Shown here piece by piece: positions 1-13,150 of a DNA stretch of 64,000 bases. Below the pieces are notes generated by a model. The model made no database searches. It was not told where the DNA came from and worked only from the letters and a program-made list of their open reading frames with translations. The number at the start of each line of letters is the position of its first letter. Positions within the stretch are counted from its first letter, which is position 1. Position numbers and translations under genes: made by a program. The stretch is from Lama glama (lineage: Eukaryota): positions 70,496,001-70,560,000 of the forward strand of contig CM052817.1 of assembly GCA_028534125.1 (NCBI GenBank), given 5' to 3'.

Positions 1-741
1 TAACATTTCTGAATTCTGTGAGAATTGATATCTTTGTCCCAAGAACAGGAGCTTGGATTTGCTCCTAGACTCTTATAAGTGAAGACTGCATCCCTATTCA
101 CATAAGGAACAAATGCAAACAAGTGTGATTATATTATTTGAAAATTTCAATGAATGGGAACTACTAACTATCCTATATTGAAAATAAACCAACACTTACC
201 AACTATATAGCAGGCTGTAATCATTCAGAAAACTAGAGTGCTTTGGCACTAATTTCAGATCTTAAAATTTTGGAGGAAAGTATTAATAATTCTCTTTAAA
301 AAGTCTACTGATCCTTAATTAAGCCAAATGAGTTTTACTAATTCAACTATTTGATTGATTTCTTTATTTCATTTATGATTTACTTTACTTAATAAACCTA
401 TATAATAATTTAGCAGAGAGTAATTTAATTTTAAGACAGTCACACACACTTGATGCAACTCTGAATTTTGACCTGATTTCAGTGATAGAAAAAATAATTA
501 AAGATCAAGGGGCCAGAAAAATAAAATGATAGCTGTAAATAACAGCTATTGCTACGACTATACTAATTTGCCCATTATGATACTCATCGATGAATTTCAA
601 ACCACCTCCTGTCATTAACTAGCTCTTTGACTATAGCACGCCACACAACTGCTCTAGATCTGAGTTCCTTTTCATGGTTTCATTTCAAAGAAAGCACTGG
701 ACTGGATTACCATTAGGCACTCTTCTAGTCCTAACATTCTA

Positions 742-948
<207 letters not shown>

Positions 949-1369
949 TCAACATTGGTGCCAGATTTAACTATATGGAAGCTAATATTTCATAAGTCTG
1001 GCCATTAATTTGTCCAGCTCTCCTGATTCATGTAATAAAACACATAGAAATCCAAGTATGTATCCCCATAGACAGCTACTTTTCAGCAGGGAAAAAAACT
1101 TAATTTCTTTGGATTGTATTAGATCTGCTAAATTAGATTGTCTAAATGTAAAAAAATTATTTTCTATAGCTTCATGAGAAACTTATCTATATATTCTTTA
1201 AATGTATTTGATAGTTACATTCTAGTAAGTTTTAAAAACAACTTTATATCATGGAATGGGCTGTGTTTCTGTTTGGGACGGTTTCTAAAAGATGTCCAGT
1301 TGCACATATTGGGCAAATGCAAGTTGGTCAGGAACAGGAGGAGTCTTTTCAAAAAGAAGGAAGATTGAA

Positions 1370-1472
1370 GGGGTGGGTATATCTCAGTGGTAGAGCATAT
1401 GCTCAGCATGTGCAAGGTCCTGAGTTCAATCCCCACTATCTCTATTAAAAACAAAACAAAATAAAACAAAAC
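1370..1472 (+). mobile_element. tRNA-derived SINE, camelid Vic-1-like (short copy)
   Basis: A-box ctcagtggtagag, B-box gagttcaatcccc, A-rich tail; TSD gaaga(t/c)tgaa at 1360-1369 and 1473-1482. Confidence 0.85.
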
Positions 1473-1569
1473 GAAGACTGAATGGTGATCAAGTGGCTAG
1501 GAAATTCCTTTCTCTCACTTAAAATACAGGTGGCTATGATATTCTCTTTTATGTGTCTTGCCCAGAGGT

Positions 1570-2030
1570 ATATAATTGGAAGATCTGGAAAAGAAATTAT
1601 AAATGGCCCATGAACAGATAAAGCAAAGAGGGAGGACTTCCCCTACTATAAATTAAAACATGCTACAAAGCCATAATAATGAAATTAGTCTGGCATTGGA
1701 ATAAGAACAAAGAAATGACTGGGATAGCAGGCGAGCTCAGAGACACAGCCATGCATAATGGTAACACAGTGGCCTCCAGGTGGATTCAATATGAGGAGTT
1801 ATTATAAAAGTAGTGGAAGAAAATGAGGAAGAGCATGTTTCTGATCTGGGGGCTGGGAATGGGTGTCAAGGAGAGAGATATTAACAAAACTTAGAAAATG
1901 CAAACCATGAGATGAAAATGGCAACAATCTGATTTAATCAAATGGAAGATTTTTGTTGAAGGATATCATGAAGAAAGTTAAAAGACAGATGATAGATTGT
2001 GAAAAGATATTTGAAATGCCTCAAACTAAA
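1570..2030 (+). mobile_element. Old, degraded L1 ORF2-region fragment
   Basis: A-rich text resembling L1M ORF2 (tacaaagccataataat...gtctggcattggaataagaac; gaaaagatatttg); boundaries approximate. Confidence 0.5.
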
Positions 2031-2269
2031 AGTAAAACCTGCTTCATGCAGAGCCCATGAAGCCATGACCACAGCACCCAAAAGAGCCTCCAGATACTTG
2101 GGGTGTCCTCCAGGCCTGGGCTGGCCTTGAAACCTTAATACATAATAAAAACCCTTGTGCCATATACCCAGCCTCCTCCAGATGTGCTTATGGTATTAGT
2201 TAGATAGGATCAACAGACTTTCATCTCTGAAAGAGCTTCCTGCTTTGAAGCTTTGTGTCCAAGACTTAC

Positions 2270-2344
2270 TGGTCAAGAGTGATCACGTCTTGGTGGCCTC
2301 TGAACTGCCGAGCCAGGCGTAAGGCTAAGTCATTGGCTTCAGAT
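2270..2344 (-). CDS. ETNPPL: ETNPPL exon 4 (SEANDLALRLARQFRGHQDVITLD)
   Basis: Acceptor ctgtcttaatag, donor gtaagt, 75 nt; completes the NSGSEAN motif with exon 3; absent from the ORF track. Confidence 0.95.
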
Positions 2345-2829
2345 CTATTAAGACAGTAGAGAGATAAGGGACAATGTGACATAAGCTCTTTTAAAAATCT
2401 TTCAAAATACTATTTACCAAAGTTGAGGATTCTAATTATTTAGGGCTAGATAAAGAAATAAGTTGAGGTCCTCTCTTTCCCCTCAATCTTGCCCACCCAG
2501 ATATCTCACTTCATCTTTCTAAGCCCCCTAGATGTCTTCAATAAACAGTGAGACACAGAGGGAGCTCCATACAAATTTGAGGATATTATGCTTATTTTAA
2601 ATTCTAGCCCAATTCAGCCACGTTGGTAGGTGACTAACTTTGAGGAGCCCAGGAAGCCTGCACTAAGTCTGATCTCAATGGGAGGAATGGGAGTACGAGG
2701 GCCCAGTAACCTGGCTACTAAACTATGCTATCCTGACCCAGTACGTGGCTAGTTCCTTATTTATAAAATGAAGATCATAATTTTTCTATCTGGATTAAGA
2801 GAGTTTAAATAATCATTTGTGGAATGTTT

Positions 2830-3010
2830 AGTACATCAGAAATCATACTGTGTGTTCTGCTTTTATTTACTTTCATAACTACACTGTAAGGCAAGTTTTG
2901 CCATCTCCTTTCTGTGGGTGAAGAAACAGCCTCAGAGAGGTTAAGTTGCCAGAATAAGTTCTCACAGCTAAGAAAAGGTAGAGCCAGCATTCAGACTGAC
3001 GCCTGTTTAA
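2830..3010 (+). mobile_element. MIR SINE fragment
   Basis: MIR core-like gaagaaacagcctcagagaggttaagttgcc; boundaries approximate. Confidence 0.6.
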
Positions 3011-3917
3011 CCTCAAGGTTATTCCAGCCTTTATCACCTCCAGTCTTGGGTGACAGTGTTCTCTAAGGCTAATCTCTCTTTGACAGTATAGGTTCTTTAG
3101 AAGTGAAAGTCAAATACTATGATATTTAATGTATTGAAGGCAAGAGTGCTTTAGAACAACACATTAGATCCTAAAATATCTTACTTCTTTACAAAGAAAA
3201 AAGAACGATCTTCTGTTTACAAATTTGGTTTTAAAATATTTCATTGAAAAGAGAAAAGTGAACCACAGAATCATGTAATAGAACATTTGCAGAATCTCTA
3301 ATAGTTTTAGTACCATATGTACATATGTATCATTTTAAAATGAGCTTATGCTGTATATACAGTTTTCCTCCCCGTACAACATTGCACTGTGAGCTTTTCT
3401 ATAGATATAGATATTCTGTATCTATATGGATAAAGGATAATTTAAATTTACAGAATGTAAAAGTTGTGACATATCTATTCACTTAAATTTACTCCTTCCT
3501 CCCTCGTGTTTGTGTTGGGAAAATACATTTAATTGCCTAAGGCAACAAATCAATTAAAAATCTTACAAAAGTTATATAGCTTGTTTAGTAGAGTTCTTTC
3601 TCTGCTAAAATTCTTCATTTCATGCTTTGAAAGAACTATCTAGGCTCATCTACAGTCCTTAGCTATTTACCATTTGACTAGCCAGGTTTTCTCATGTGGT
3701 TACAACCCAAGCATCTATCCTTTAGGGATACTTAAGGGTGTGCTTTCCCCATCTTTCATTAAGGAAGCCAAGGCAATTAACAGTTGAGTGGTGTGCACTT
3801 GTTAACCGTCAGGCTATTATTTTAGTCTGTGTCGAGAGCCTCGGAACATGCTGTCAGTGTCTTACTACAGCGGGCTGGCGGACCAGGGCAAGAGAACCAG
3901 AAAGGTCAGATCCCCTA

Positions 3918-4223
<306 letters not shown>

Positions 4224-4424
4224 TTAGAAGACAAAAGCCCCCCAAATGAGTCACAATTCTAAATGCCTGGGAAGTGAGGGAGATTCTGTAGCAAAGAGGA
4301 AAAAAAAAAAAAAGTTGATCTTTCTTGTTCCTCTCCGCATTTCGCTCCAGCTCGTCCCTGCCTAGGACTATGGGTCCCGTTCAGCCAAATAATGCAGCCA
4401 CTGCAATTCCTGAGACAAATATTA

Positions 4425-4676
<252 letters not shown>

Positions 4677-4950
4677 TCACTATCAGTGGAAAATTACAAT
4701 TACATAAAGGAAAGGGGAAACACAACCGAGGTGACATACTTTTTTTTTTTAATTTCATATTAGCCTAGAACCTTTTACCTTAATCCCCCATCCATGACAC
4801 TGCTCACATGTCATGCTTCTTGTATTAAATTTGCCATGATTTGACAACTCTTTTTGGAGATCTGTGGATCAACTCTGACAGCTCTAATTACACAAACCAA
4901 TAACCAACTTGCCTCTGGGAAATTTTGTTCTACCAGGAAAAAACCCAAAC

Positions 4951-5185
<235 letters not shown>

Positions 5186-5194
5186 TTTTTTTAA

Positions 5195-5410
5195 GGCTTA
5201 CTATGTGTTAGGAACTGCCAGATACTACAAGTATTATCTCATTTAATCCTCCCAACAATAGTGTATAATAGGGGTTATTATTATTCTTATTTTCATAAGT
5301 GAGGAAAACTGAGGTACAGAAAAATGAAGAAGCTTGATCAAGATTACACAGGGAATAAATGAGAAAACCAGAATTGAAAGTAGACTGTCTTAAGCTATAG
5401 CCCAGAATAC
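5195..5410 (+). mobile_element. MIR SINE fragment
   Basis: ctatgtgttaggaactg...tctcatttaatcctcccaacaa...gaggaaaactgaggtacaga matches the MIR core. Confidence 0.7.
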
Positions 5411-7049
5411 AGTTTGCTTGCTAATCTAATCTAATCTCTCCCTCTAATCGAATTTGTAAAGAAATGAATAGGACTAAAAGCTAAATACAAATAACTCAGT
5501 CTTAAGTACTATGCAGGTGATTTTACAGATCATTTTCATGTCTTTAGACTGGTACTTGTTTTGCATCAAATGGATTTTCCATCCTTAAATAATAAAATCC
5601 AATTATTCTTCTAACCCTTTAACCCAGTCTTTTGAGCATATAATAAATCATTCATATTTTTGGTTATTTGAATGGTTGTCTGGAGTATAAATTTTAGCAA
5701 CATAGAAACATCACAAAGATTTCTGAATTGGGCTCTATGCACATTTAGAAACTAAAACAAAATTTATTATTTTTGTTTTGGTGATGTTGCATAACACATG
5801 CATTGGAGGTAGTTTACAAGGTAATTAGATACTTATACATTAAATGAATATGCAAATGTTTAGAAGGTATTGTGATTATTGTGAATAGGTAATCTTGAAT
5901 TTTAAAACTAAGATTAAGCTAAACTAAGCTAAACTAACTAAGATCAGCTAAAATGAAATTAATATTTAATGAGATTTTCTTATTGGTTCAAATTCAGCTG
6001 TTAGTTTACACCTATAAGTTAAAATCAGAAAAACCCTGTGCTGTGAACATGGGCTGAAGACTGCAGCCTTCACTGTGTCTCCATGTTAGTGTACTTTCCA
6101 CCTCGCCACTCAGACTTCAGGTAAAATTCTTTCGGTCAGTCCTTGGCTACCTTTCCTCCTTTCACAGAATTTGTTCTGCTCACATCAGAAATCATTAGGC
6201 TTCCACTGGAATTTAATCACATAGGATTGAAAGCGAACAGAAATGAGTGGTGATTACATAAAGGTGAGGAGGTGATCGGGTAATGAGGAAGGAATCTGAC
6301 CATTTTGACACTATTGCCGGGTTGACAGAGATTTAACTAGCCTCCTACACCTCCTGGAACCTCCTGGGTTGACATTAGGAGATCAAGTCCTCATAAACCG
6401 CCCAGCATTGCTCCGAAGAGGAGCCAGGGTATCATTTTCTTTCTTAAGCACTACCCCTCTCCCCGCCCGCTCCCCGCAGTCCTCTCTCGGGCCCACTGCT
6501 GCAGCTCTTGTTAGTCACAGGTAAGTACTGGAGTGGCTAGGGGTCGCGCATGGCCGCAGCTATTTACATGTAACTTTTAAAAAGCCAGATCACACGTATT
6601 AATCTCATTTGCTTGCTCTTGTGAAGCAGAATGTCATTCCTCCTTTCCTAGAAGAAATTAAAGTAGCTTGACAGAGGTCACAAGGTAACTGGACACGCTA
6701 CTAGGACCACAGCCCAGGTCTTACTTCAGGTTCGGTCCTGTACTCACCAGTATATTACTAAGTCGTCTATAATACGAGCAAAACAAAGCAGACCGGAGAG
6801 AACACTTTAAACTGAAGTGAGGACACAAGTGGGCAGACCAAGGTAAGTGGCATCTCACCCTTAAGACAGTGGTTTCAAAGTTTTTTTTGTTTGTTTCGTT
6901 TTGTTTTTTAAACTGGCTGGATTAACCTTTTACTTCTTAACCAGGAGTGCAAGAAGAAAAAGTCCACTTTAAACAAGAGTTGTCAGAATTAGTTTTCATA
7001 GTCATCGTCAAAAATATTTCTGAGTTCATACTTTTGAAAAACTTTCTCG

Positions 7050-7700
7050 TTGGCGGGAGTGGGAGAGCTACCCGTGGCTCTCCTCCAGTGGCTATTTCAG
7101 CCTCACGGTCAATTCCCCCCAGCGGGGCTGCAGAGCGCGCGGACCCGGCGGGAGCGGGCAGGGAGGCGGCCCCCTTGGGCGGAGGAGCGGCGGGTCTGAC
7201 CGCCCGCGGGCAACTCCGCGCGCCGCCGGCTCCCCGCCCCGCTTCAGCTCTCCGCCCCCCTTCGGCTCTTCGCCCCCTGCGCTGGTGATCCCCTCTTCTC
7301 TGTGCCTTTCCTCGGGGCTGGGGAGCCCTTACCCGATGTGCTTCCTCCTCAGCGCCAGGGTGTCTTGCTTGCTGTACAGCTCGCACATGGTGGCGGGGTG
7401 CCGGGCGCTCCGGGGGTCTCCCCTCTCCAGTCCGTGCGCCTCAGCGGCGGCCCTTTCCTCCAGTTTTCCCTTGTTGGGTTCCCTCGCTCTGGGCGTCGGA
7501 GGTCACCCGCGGCATCAACTAGCTAGGGTCATCCCCCTTTTAAAGTCCAGCCCTGCCTTTGCCCTTCGCCAAGCCCCACCCTCCTCCTCCCCACCTCCGC
7601 CCGGTGCCTGCCAGGGGAGGCCCTGGGCTAGCCACTCGTTCGCCACACCCAGCCGCCCGCAGGCTAACTGGCTCCGGTTCTTCCCTGCTGCCCACTTACC
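7050..7700. promoter_or_regulatory. ETNPPL: CpG island / ETNPPL promoter and first exon
   Basis: Sharp rise in GC and CpG over exon 1; GC boxes; TATA-like TTTAAAA on the minus strand at 7538-7544 suggests a TSS near 7510. Confidence 0.85.
7333..7388 (-). CDS. ETNPPL: ETNPPL exon 1 coding part (MCELYSKQDTLALRRKHIG)
   Basis: Kozak gccaccATG at 7388, donor gtaagg; 56 nt, phase 2 joins exon 2; peptide recognised as the ETNPPL/AGXT2L1 N-terminus. Confidence 0.96.
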
Positions 7701-9099
7701 CTCCCCATCCCTGTTACTTCTTCTAACTCGCCTTTATTTTCCTAAGTTTGCCTTGCCATGGCCTTTCTTCCTCCTCTGCCTGTGAATTCCCTCCTTCCCA
7801 CTTTTTCTTTTAAAAATTTCTTTCTTTTTGTGTGTATGTCCCATTATTTTCTTGTAAACATTCAAACATAGGCCCTCTCTGGAGATACTAGGATTTTTGT
7901 TTCCATTCTCACGTTGAGTGTAATTCCAATACCATAATCTAGTCAACAAAAGTAACAAGTCACATGCCCTAAGGGTAAATGACAGGGACTCAGCCTGCTA
8001 TTTGTTGGGAGTGATAATGTATACTGTGTTTTGAACATCTGCTTTAAAAATAATTGTACTTCTCATTTCTCTGGAACTGTACGGAGTACAACACATTCAC
8101 TTGATGTATCTGGTTCAGTCCTCAAAACAACCCTGCTGGAGATGAGCATGAGAGTTACCATCCCCTTTAACATATGGGAACAGTGAGGATATTATACCCT
8201 GTTCCATGATTACAGATCTACCTGGTGGTGAGCTTAGAATTCGTTCCTAGGTTTCTTGACTTCCTTTAGGATGATCTTTTCGCACTGATCAAATTTGAAG
8301 TTATTAAATATGTGGACAGAAGGAAACCTAATTAGCTATAGCATTAAATCGTACATTATTCTGATAACTAGAGATCATCTGGTTCAGCCCTTCTGTTTTG
8401 TAGGTAAGAACAACTGGGCACCGGAAAAGTAAAGTCTAATTCAAGGTCATGCAACTACTTAGCCATAGAATTTAGATCATTTCATTCTTTCTGTGTTTTG
8501 AAATGCAGCTGAGAAAGTCTATTTTACCCATAAGAATGCACTTGGTAAACGTTTATAACTGACCTTTGTCTTGAATAAAGTTGTTCTTAATTAATATTAA
8601 TGTCCTGCAGGAGTAATAGAATTACACTGCCTAAGATAGGTTAAGAAATGAAGTTCTATGAGGAACAGTGTGGTGAGAATTCTAAGTGTTATAAAGGGCA
8701 GCGGGCAGTTAGGAAACTTGCAAGAAATCCCAATCATGTAATCTTGGTCTAGTTCCATACATGAAGGGTGTTGCCAAGGGTACATCTACTCGCAAACTAC
8801 CTAGGCTTGGTGAAGTCACAGTTAGTCGTGCTCCCTCCGTAAACCTCCATGGTCACTTGTTAGTCTCGGTGCTTTAAAATATGTTCTTTAAGTAGTAATG
8901 GACTAAGAGTCTTATGTCCGTCTGGTTCTCCCATAAACTAGCTGGATTTCTTGACCTTTTGGAGGCTAACCTTCTTTAAAATTTTTAATTTTTAAATTAA
9001 AAAAAAACACCAATCTTTCTGTAACTCAGAGCATTACAAGTAGGGCTAAAAAGAGATCATGACTGTGGAATGTGAGTCAGGATTATTGTTAAGACTTCA

Positions 9100-9520
9100 A
9101 TGCTCCTGTCTTCTTGGTTTTTTCTTTTTTTCTTTTTTTCTCCACCAGAACTTTCAGCAGGGTTGACTACTCCTTTCTCCTTGAGACACTTCCTCTTTCA
9201 ATTTCTTGATACCACCATCCTTTCCTGATTTTCCTCTTCTGTCACTCAACATTTAAATGTTGGTATCTTTGAGGGAGGGGTCCTAGGCTCTTTCTTTTCT
9301 TGCACTCTTTCCCGAGGTAATCCACAATGATTTTCTTGGATTTATAATCCATCAAGATGCCAAATTTATATGTCCACCCAGATCTTTCATCTCAGTCCCA
9401 GATTCTCATATTCACTTCCTTTCTTGACATCTCGACTTTGAGGTCTCATAGACACCACAGACTTCATGAGTCCAAAATGGAAGCTTTGAATCCACCCCCA
9501 AAACTATTACCTGCACTAAG
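9100..9520 (+). mobile_element. L2 LINE fragment
   Basis: Pyrimidine-rich text typical of L2 (gttgactactcctttctccttgagacacttcctct; ttgacatctcgactttgaggtctcatagacacc); approximate. Confidence 0.6.
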
Positions 9521-9665
9521 CCCCTACCCCCATCACCAGGCATTTGTTCATTCATTCAAAATATATCAAACGTTCACTGTGTGTCAATGAATGTTTCCTG
9601 TTGCTGGAGGGAAACACTGAACTAGACTGAATGGACTAGCCCTCATGGCTCCTATGCTAGATTTT

Positions 9666-9962
9666 CACTGTCCAGTATGTAGCCACCAGCCATAGGTGAT
9701 TATTAAGGACTTGAAATGCAGCTAGTCTGTAATGAGATGTCTGTTGGTATAAAATACATATTGTAGTTTGAAGACTCAATACAAAAAGAAAAGTAAAACC
9801 TCTCATTAAGTTTTTATATTATTTGCTTATTGAAATAATATTTTGGATATTTTGGATTAAGTAAAATATCATGAAAACTAGTATCACATCTTTTTAAGTG
9901 TAACTACTAGCAAATTTAAAATTACATATGTGGCTTGCATTACTTTTCCATTGGACAGCATT
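9666..9962 (-). mobile_element. MER33-like hAT-Charlie DNA transposon
   Basis: Ends cactgtccagta... and ...ttggacagca are inverted; internal ttaaaattacatatgtggcttgcatt and tagccaccagccat recognised as MER33. Confidence 0.75.
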
Positions 9963-10137
9963 ATTCTAGATGGACAGAGTGAGCAGAGAAACAAAAAATT
10001 AACAGAATAATGGCTTAAGTTGCTTTAATTATTGATAAGTGCTTTGAAGGAAATAAACTAGGGGAAATGATCCCAAGCCAGAAACCTAAGAGTCTTGGAT
10101 AATTCTTATTTTTTTCTCAGCTCCATCCCCATGTCAA

Positions 10138-10140
<3 letters not shown>

Positions 10141-10173
<33 letters not shown>

Positions 10174-10294
10174 TTTAGGGGAGGAGCTACTTAGGTTTAT
10201 TTATTTACTTATTTTTTAAGTGGAGGTGCTGGGGATTAAACCCAGGACCTTGTGCATGCTAGGCAGGCACTCTACCACTGAGCTATCTCCTCCC
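10141..10294 (-). mobile_element. Vic-1-like SINE with (ATT)n tail
   Basis: ggggattaaacccagg...ctctaccactgagcta; TSD tgtcaaattatt at 10132 and 10301. Confidence 0.88.
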
Positions 10295-10585
10295 ATGTCC
10301 TGTCAAATTATTTTTAAGCCCTGTTGCCTCCACTTCAAAATACAATTTAAATCTATCTGGTAACGCCCTATCTGCTTCCAGCCTGTGTAAGCCTTCTGCC
10401 TCTCGCCCAAGACCTATGCCAACTCCCTCTGTAACTCATTTCTTTCCTTCCCCTTCCTGCCCTGGGGAGTTGATCACATCCTCTCCCTCCTTAAACCCAT
10501 CAATGACATCCAGCTTTCTTCTCTAGGCTCATATTGGATACTTCCTCTCCCACCCAATACACACACCATACCCATAACCCCCCCC

Positions 10586-11588
10586 TTTTTAAAATTTCCA
10601 TGTATTTACTTTATTGAATTTGTTAACGTCATAGAGTTCTTGCAGTGCCAAACCATGCCTGAGAATTTGGAGAAAGAAACGGTACAACAGACAGCCTCAC
10701 CCACCCACCGTACAGTATATTAAAATTTGATTCATGTGCATTTTGATAATTTCACAATCTTTTAAAAAGTTGTAACACGGGTTAGGATTTTTAAATCTCC
10801 TGCAGATCTTCAGATTTTTAGGACAGTATGCCATTAAATAACATTTCCAGATATTCATCTCAGTTCATTCCTTAATAACATAACCCTCAATAAAGTTTTG
10901 CTGGAAAAAAGCACATTACTCTTCAGGGGAAATATGTGGCTAAAGTCCAACAGATTATTTAAGATTTTTGATTCCCAAATGGAGTCTTCAGTCTAACCAA
11001 GAATCCTTGGTTTCTCAATCATACAACCTCTCCTTGGCTGGCTCAGCCACTCACCCAAACACACCAGAAGGTAGGCATCCTGCCAGCCACCTCAGATAAT
11101 GCCGACGTTATTGCCCAGGCACGGCTGGCAGGCCCTGTCAGGTGGCACTGTCACCCTCCTGGGAGCACAGTGTGCCTTGTATCAAGACTGAGCTCCTAGA
11201 GGAAACTGCTCCCACATGAGGATGGCTTTACTCATCCATCTGCTTCACTCTTTCCAGCAGCAAGCCTGCAGCTCCTGCTTTTGGCAAAGGGATTTATTAT
11301 AGAGAAACCCAGACTCTTCATCAAGTGGTCACATGCCACTTTGAAATATTTCTATTGAACCAACAATACAAAACTAGGAAATTACCAGACTGTCTCATTA
11401 GATGGAGAGACTTCTCAGGAATCCTGGGTAGCTTCCTGGATCCCTTTTCAGGACTAAAAATTACTGGATAATTTAAGCTGTTATTAAAAACAGAAGTGCT
11501 ACATCACCTGTCTTTTGCCTGCAACTCTCTGAATGAACAATGTAAAGACGCCCCAGAAGGTTGATAACAGAGCTACGCTGGGCTGTGT
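10586..11588 (-). pseudogene. Probable retrocopy of an mRNA 3'UTR (5'-truncated processed pseudogene) inserted in an L2
   Basis: ~1 kb of non-repeat-like sequence splitting L2-like flanks; minus-strand AATAAA at 10610-10615 with an A-run ~20 nt later; TT/AAGA L1-type target at the far end. Confidence 0.6.
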
Positions 11589-11953
11589 CCCTTGTTCTTA
11601 ATCACTTCAAAGTCTGCATTTACTTCAGTTTCAGTTTAAATATTACTGTCAGCCTCAGAGTGGTCATTCTTGACTATTCTGTCTCAAATAGTTCTTAATT
11701 AATTAAAAAAATGAATCTCTACCCTGTTCCTCAATCTTAATCCTCTCTTTGTTTAGTCTTTATCTGTCTTGTTCATCAATGCACCCCAACACTGGTACAG
11801 CCCTTGGCATGTGGTAGACTGGTAAATCTTTGTTGACTGACTGACTGACTGATTGCAAGGTGAAGCCCATTTAAAGACTGAACACCTTGTTTTGAAGGTG
11901 AAAGTTCTTATGAGACATATAGCCCTTGCCTGTTGACTGCAGATTACATTTTA

Positions 11954-12453
11954 NNNNNNNNNNNNNNNNNNNNNNNNNNNNNNNNNNNNNNNNNNNNNNN
12001 NNNNNNNNNNNNNNNNNNNNNNNNNNNNNNNNNNNNNNNNNNNNNNNNNNNNNNNNNNNNNNNNNNNNNNNNNNNNNNNNNNNNNNNNNNNNNNNNNNNN
12101 NNNNNNNNNNNNNNNNNNNNNNNNNNNNNNNNNNNNNNNNNNNNNNNNNNNNNNNNNNNNNNNNNNNNNNNNNNNNNNNNNNNNNNNNNNNNNNNNNNNN
12201 NNNNNNNNNNNNNNNNNNNNNNNNNNNNNNNNNNNNNNNNNNNNNNNNNNNNNNNNNNNNNNNNNNNNNNNNNNNNNNNNNNNNNNNNNNNNNNNNNNNN
12301 NNNNNNNNNNNNNNNNNNNNNNNNNNNNNNNNNNNNNNNNNNNNNNNNNNNNNNNNNNNNNNNNNNNNNNNNNNNNNNNNNNNNNNNNNNNNNNNNNNNN
12401 NNNNNNNNNNNNNNNNNNNNNNNNNNNNNNNNNNNNNNNNNNNNNNNNNNNNN
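11954..12453. other. Assembly gap (500 N)
   Basis: Run of exactly 500 N; the true size is unknown. Confidence 0.99.
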
Positions 12454-12535
12454 TTTACACAAGGAAACTTGCTAAGTATCTTGGGAGGTAGTGACATTCA
12501 CTATTTTTGAACTCAAGTTATTAGAGGAAAACTAC

Positions 12536-13150
12536 CTGCAACATTATTTACAATAGTCAAGATACAGAAACATCCTAAGTGTCCATGAGCAGATGAAGGG
12601 ATAAAGAAAATGTGATATACATACATATGCACACGCAGGCACACACACACATATGGGGGGTAGAGGAATATTATTCAGCTATGAAAAAGAAGGAAATACT
12701 GCCATTTGTTATAATATGGATGAAACTGGAGGAAATTATGCTAAGTGAAATAAGCCAGATGCAGAAAGACAAACACTGCATGATGTCACTTATATATGGA
12801 CTCTAAAAAAGTTGAACTTATAAAAGCAGAGAGTAGAATGGTAGTTTCCAGGGGCTGGGGAGTGGGGGAAATGAGTGCAAAAGGTACAAAGTTTCAGTTC
12901 TGTAAGGTGAATAAGTTCTTGAGATCTAGTGTATAGTCTCATATACAGTCTAATGACAGTATTGTTATTAGTTAATAATTCTGCATTCTCACCACACACA
13001 CATAAATGGTAACCATGTAAGGCAATGAATATGATAATTAACTTGATTTTGGTAATCATTTCACAGTGTATACATATGTCAAAACAACATGCTGTATACT
13101 TTAAATGTATACAATTTCTATTTGTCAATTGTACCTCAGTAAACCTGGGA
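12536..13150 (+). mobile_element. L1 3' end (L1MA9/L1MB-like)
   Basis: ORF2 C-terminal remnant (EILPFVIIWMKLEEIMLSEISQ) followed by the typical L1 3'UTR gttgaacttataaaagcagagagtagaatggt. Confidence 0.88.

Noticed and set aside
1370..1445. tRNA-like sequence with A and B boxes
   Set aside because: SINE head with an A-rich tail and TSD, found six times in the window; not a tRNA gene
5905..5955. Repeated aactaag/gctaa units resembling QKI or branch motifs
   Set aside because: On the non-transcribed strand; looks like low-complexity slippage
6937..7785. 149-aa and 166-aa ORFs around ETNPPL exon 1
   Set aside because: Stop-poor CpG-island sequence; the real coding part is the 56-nt exon in another frame
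11871..12510. Long ORFs of X residues
   Set aside because: Artefacts of the 500-N gap; the gap also makes the ETNPPL-COL25A1 distance unreliable
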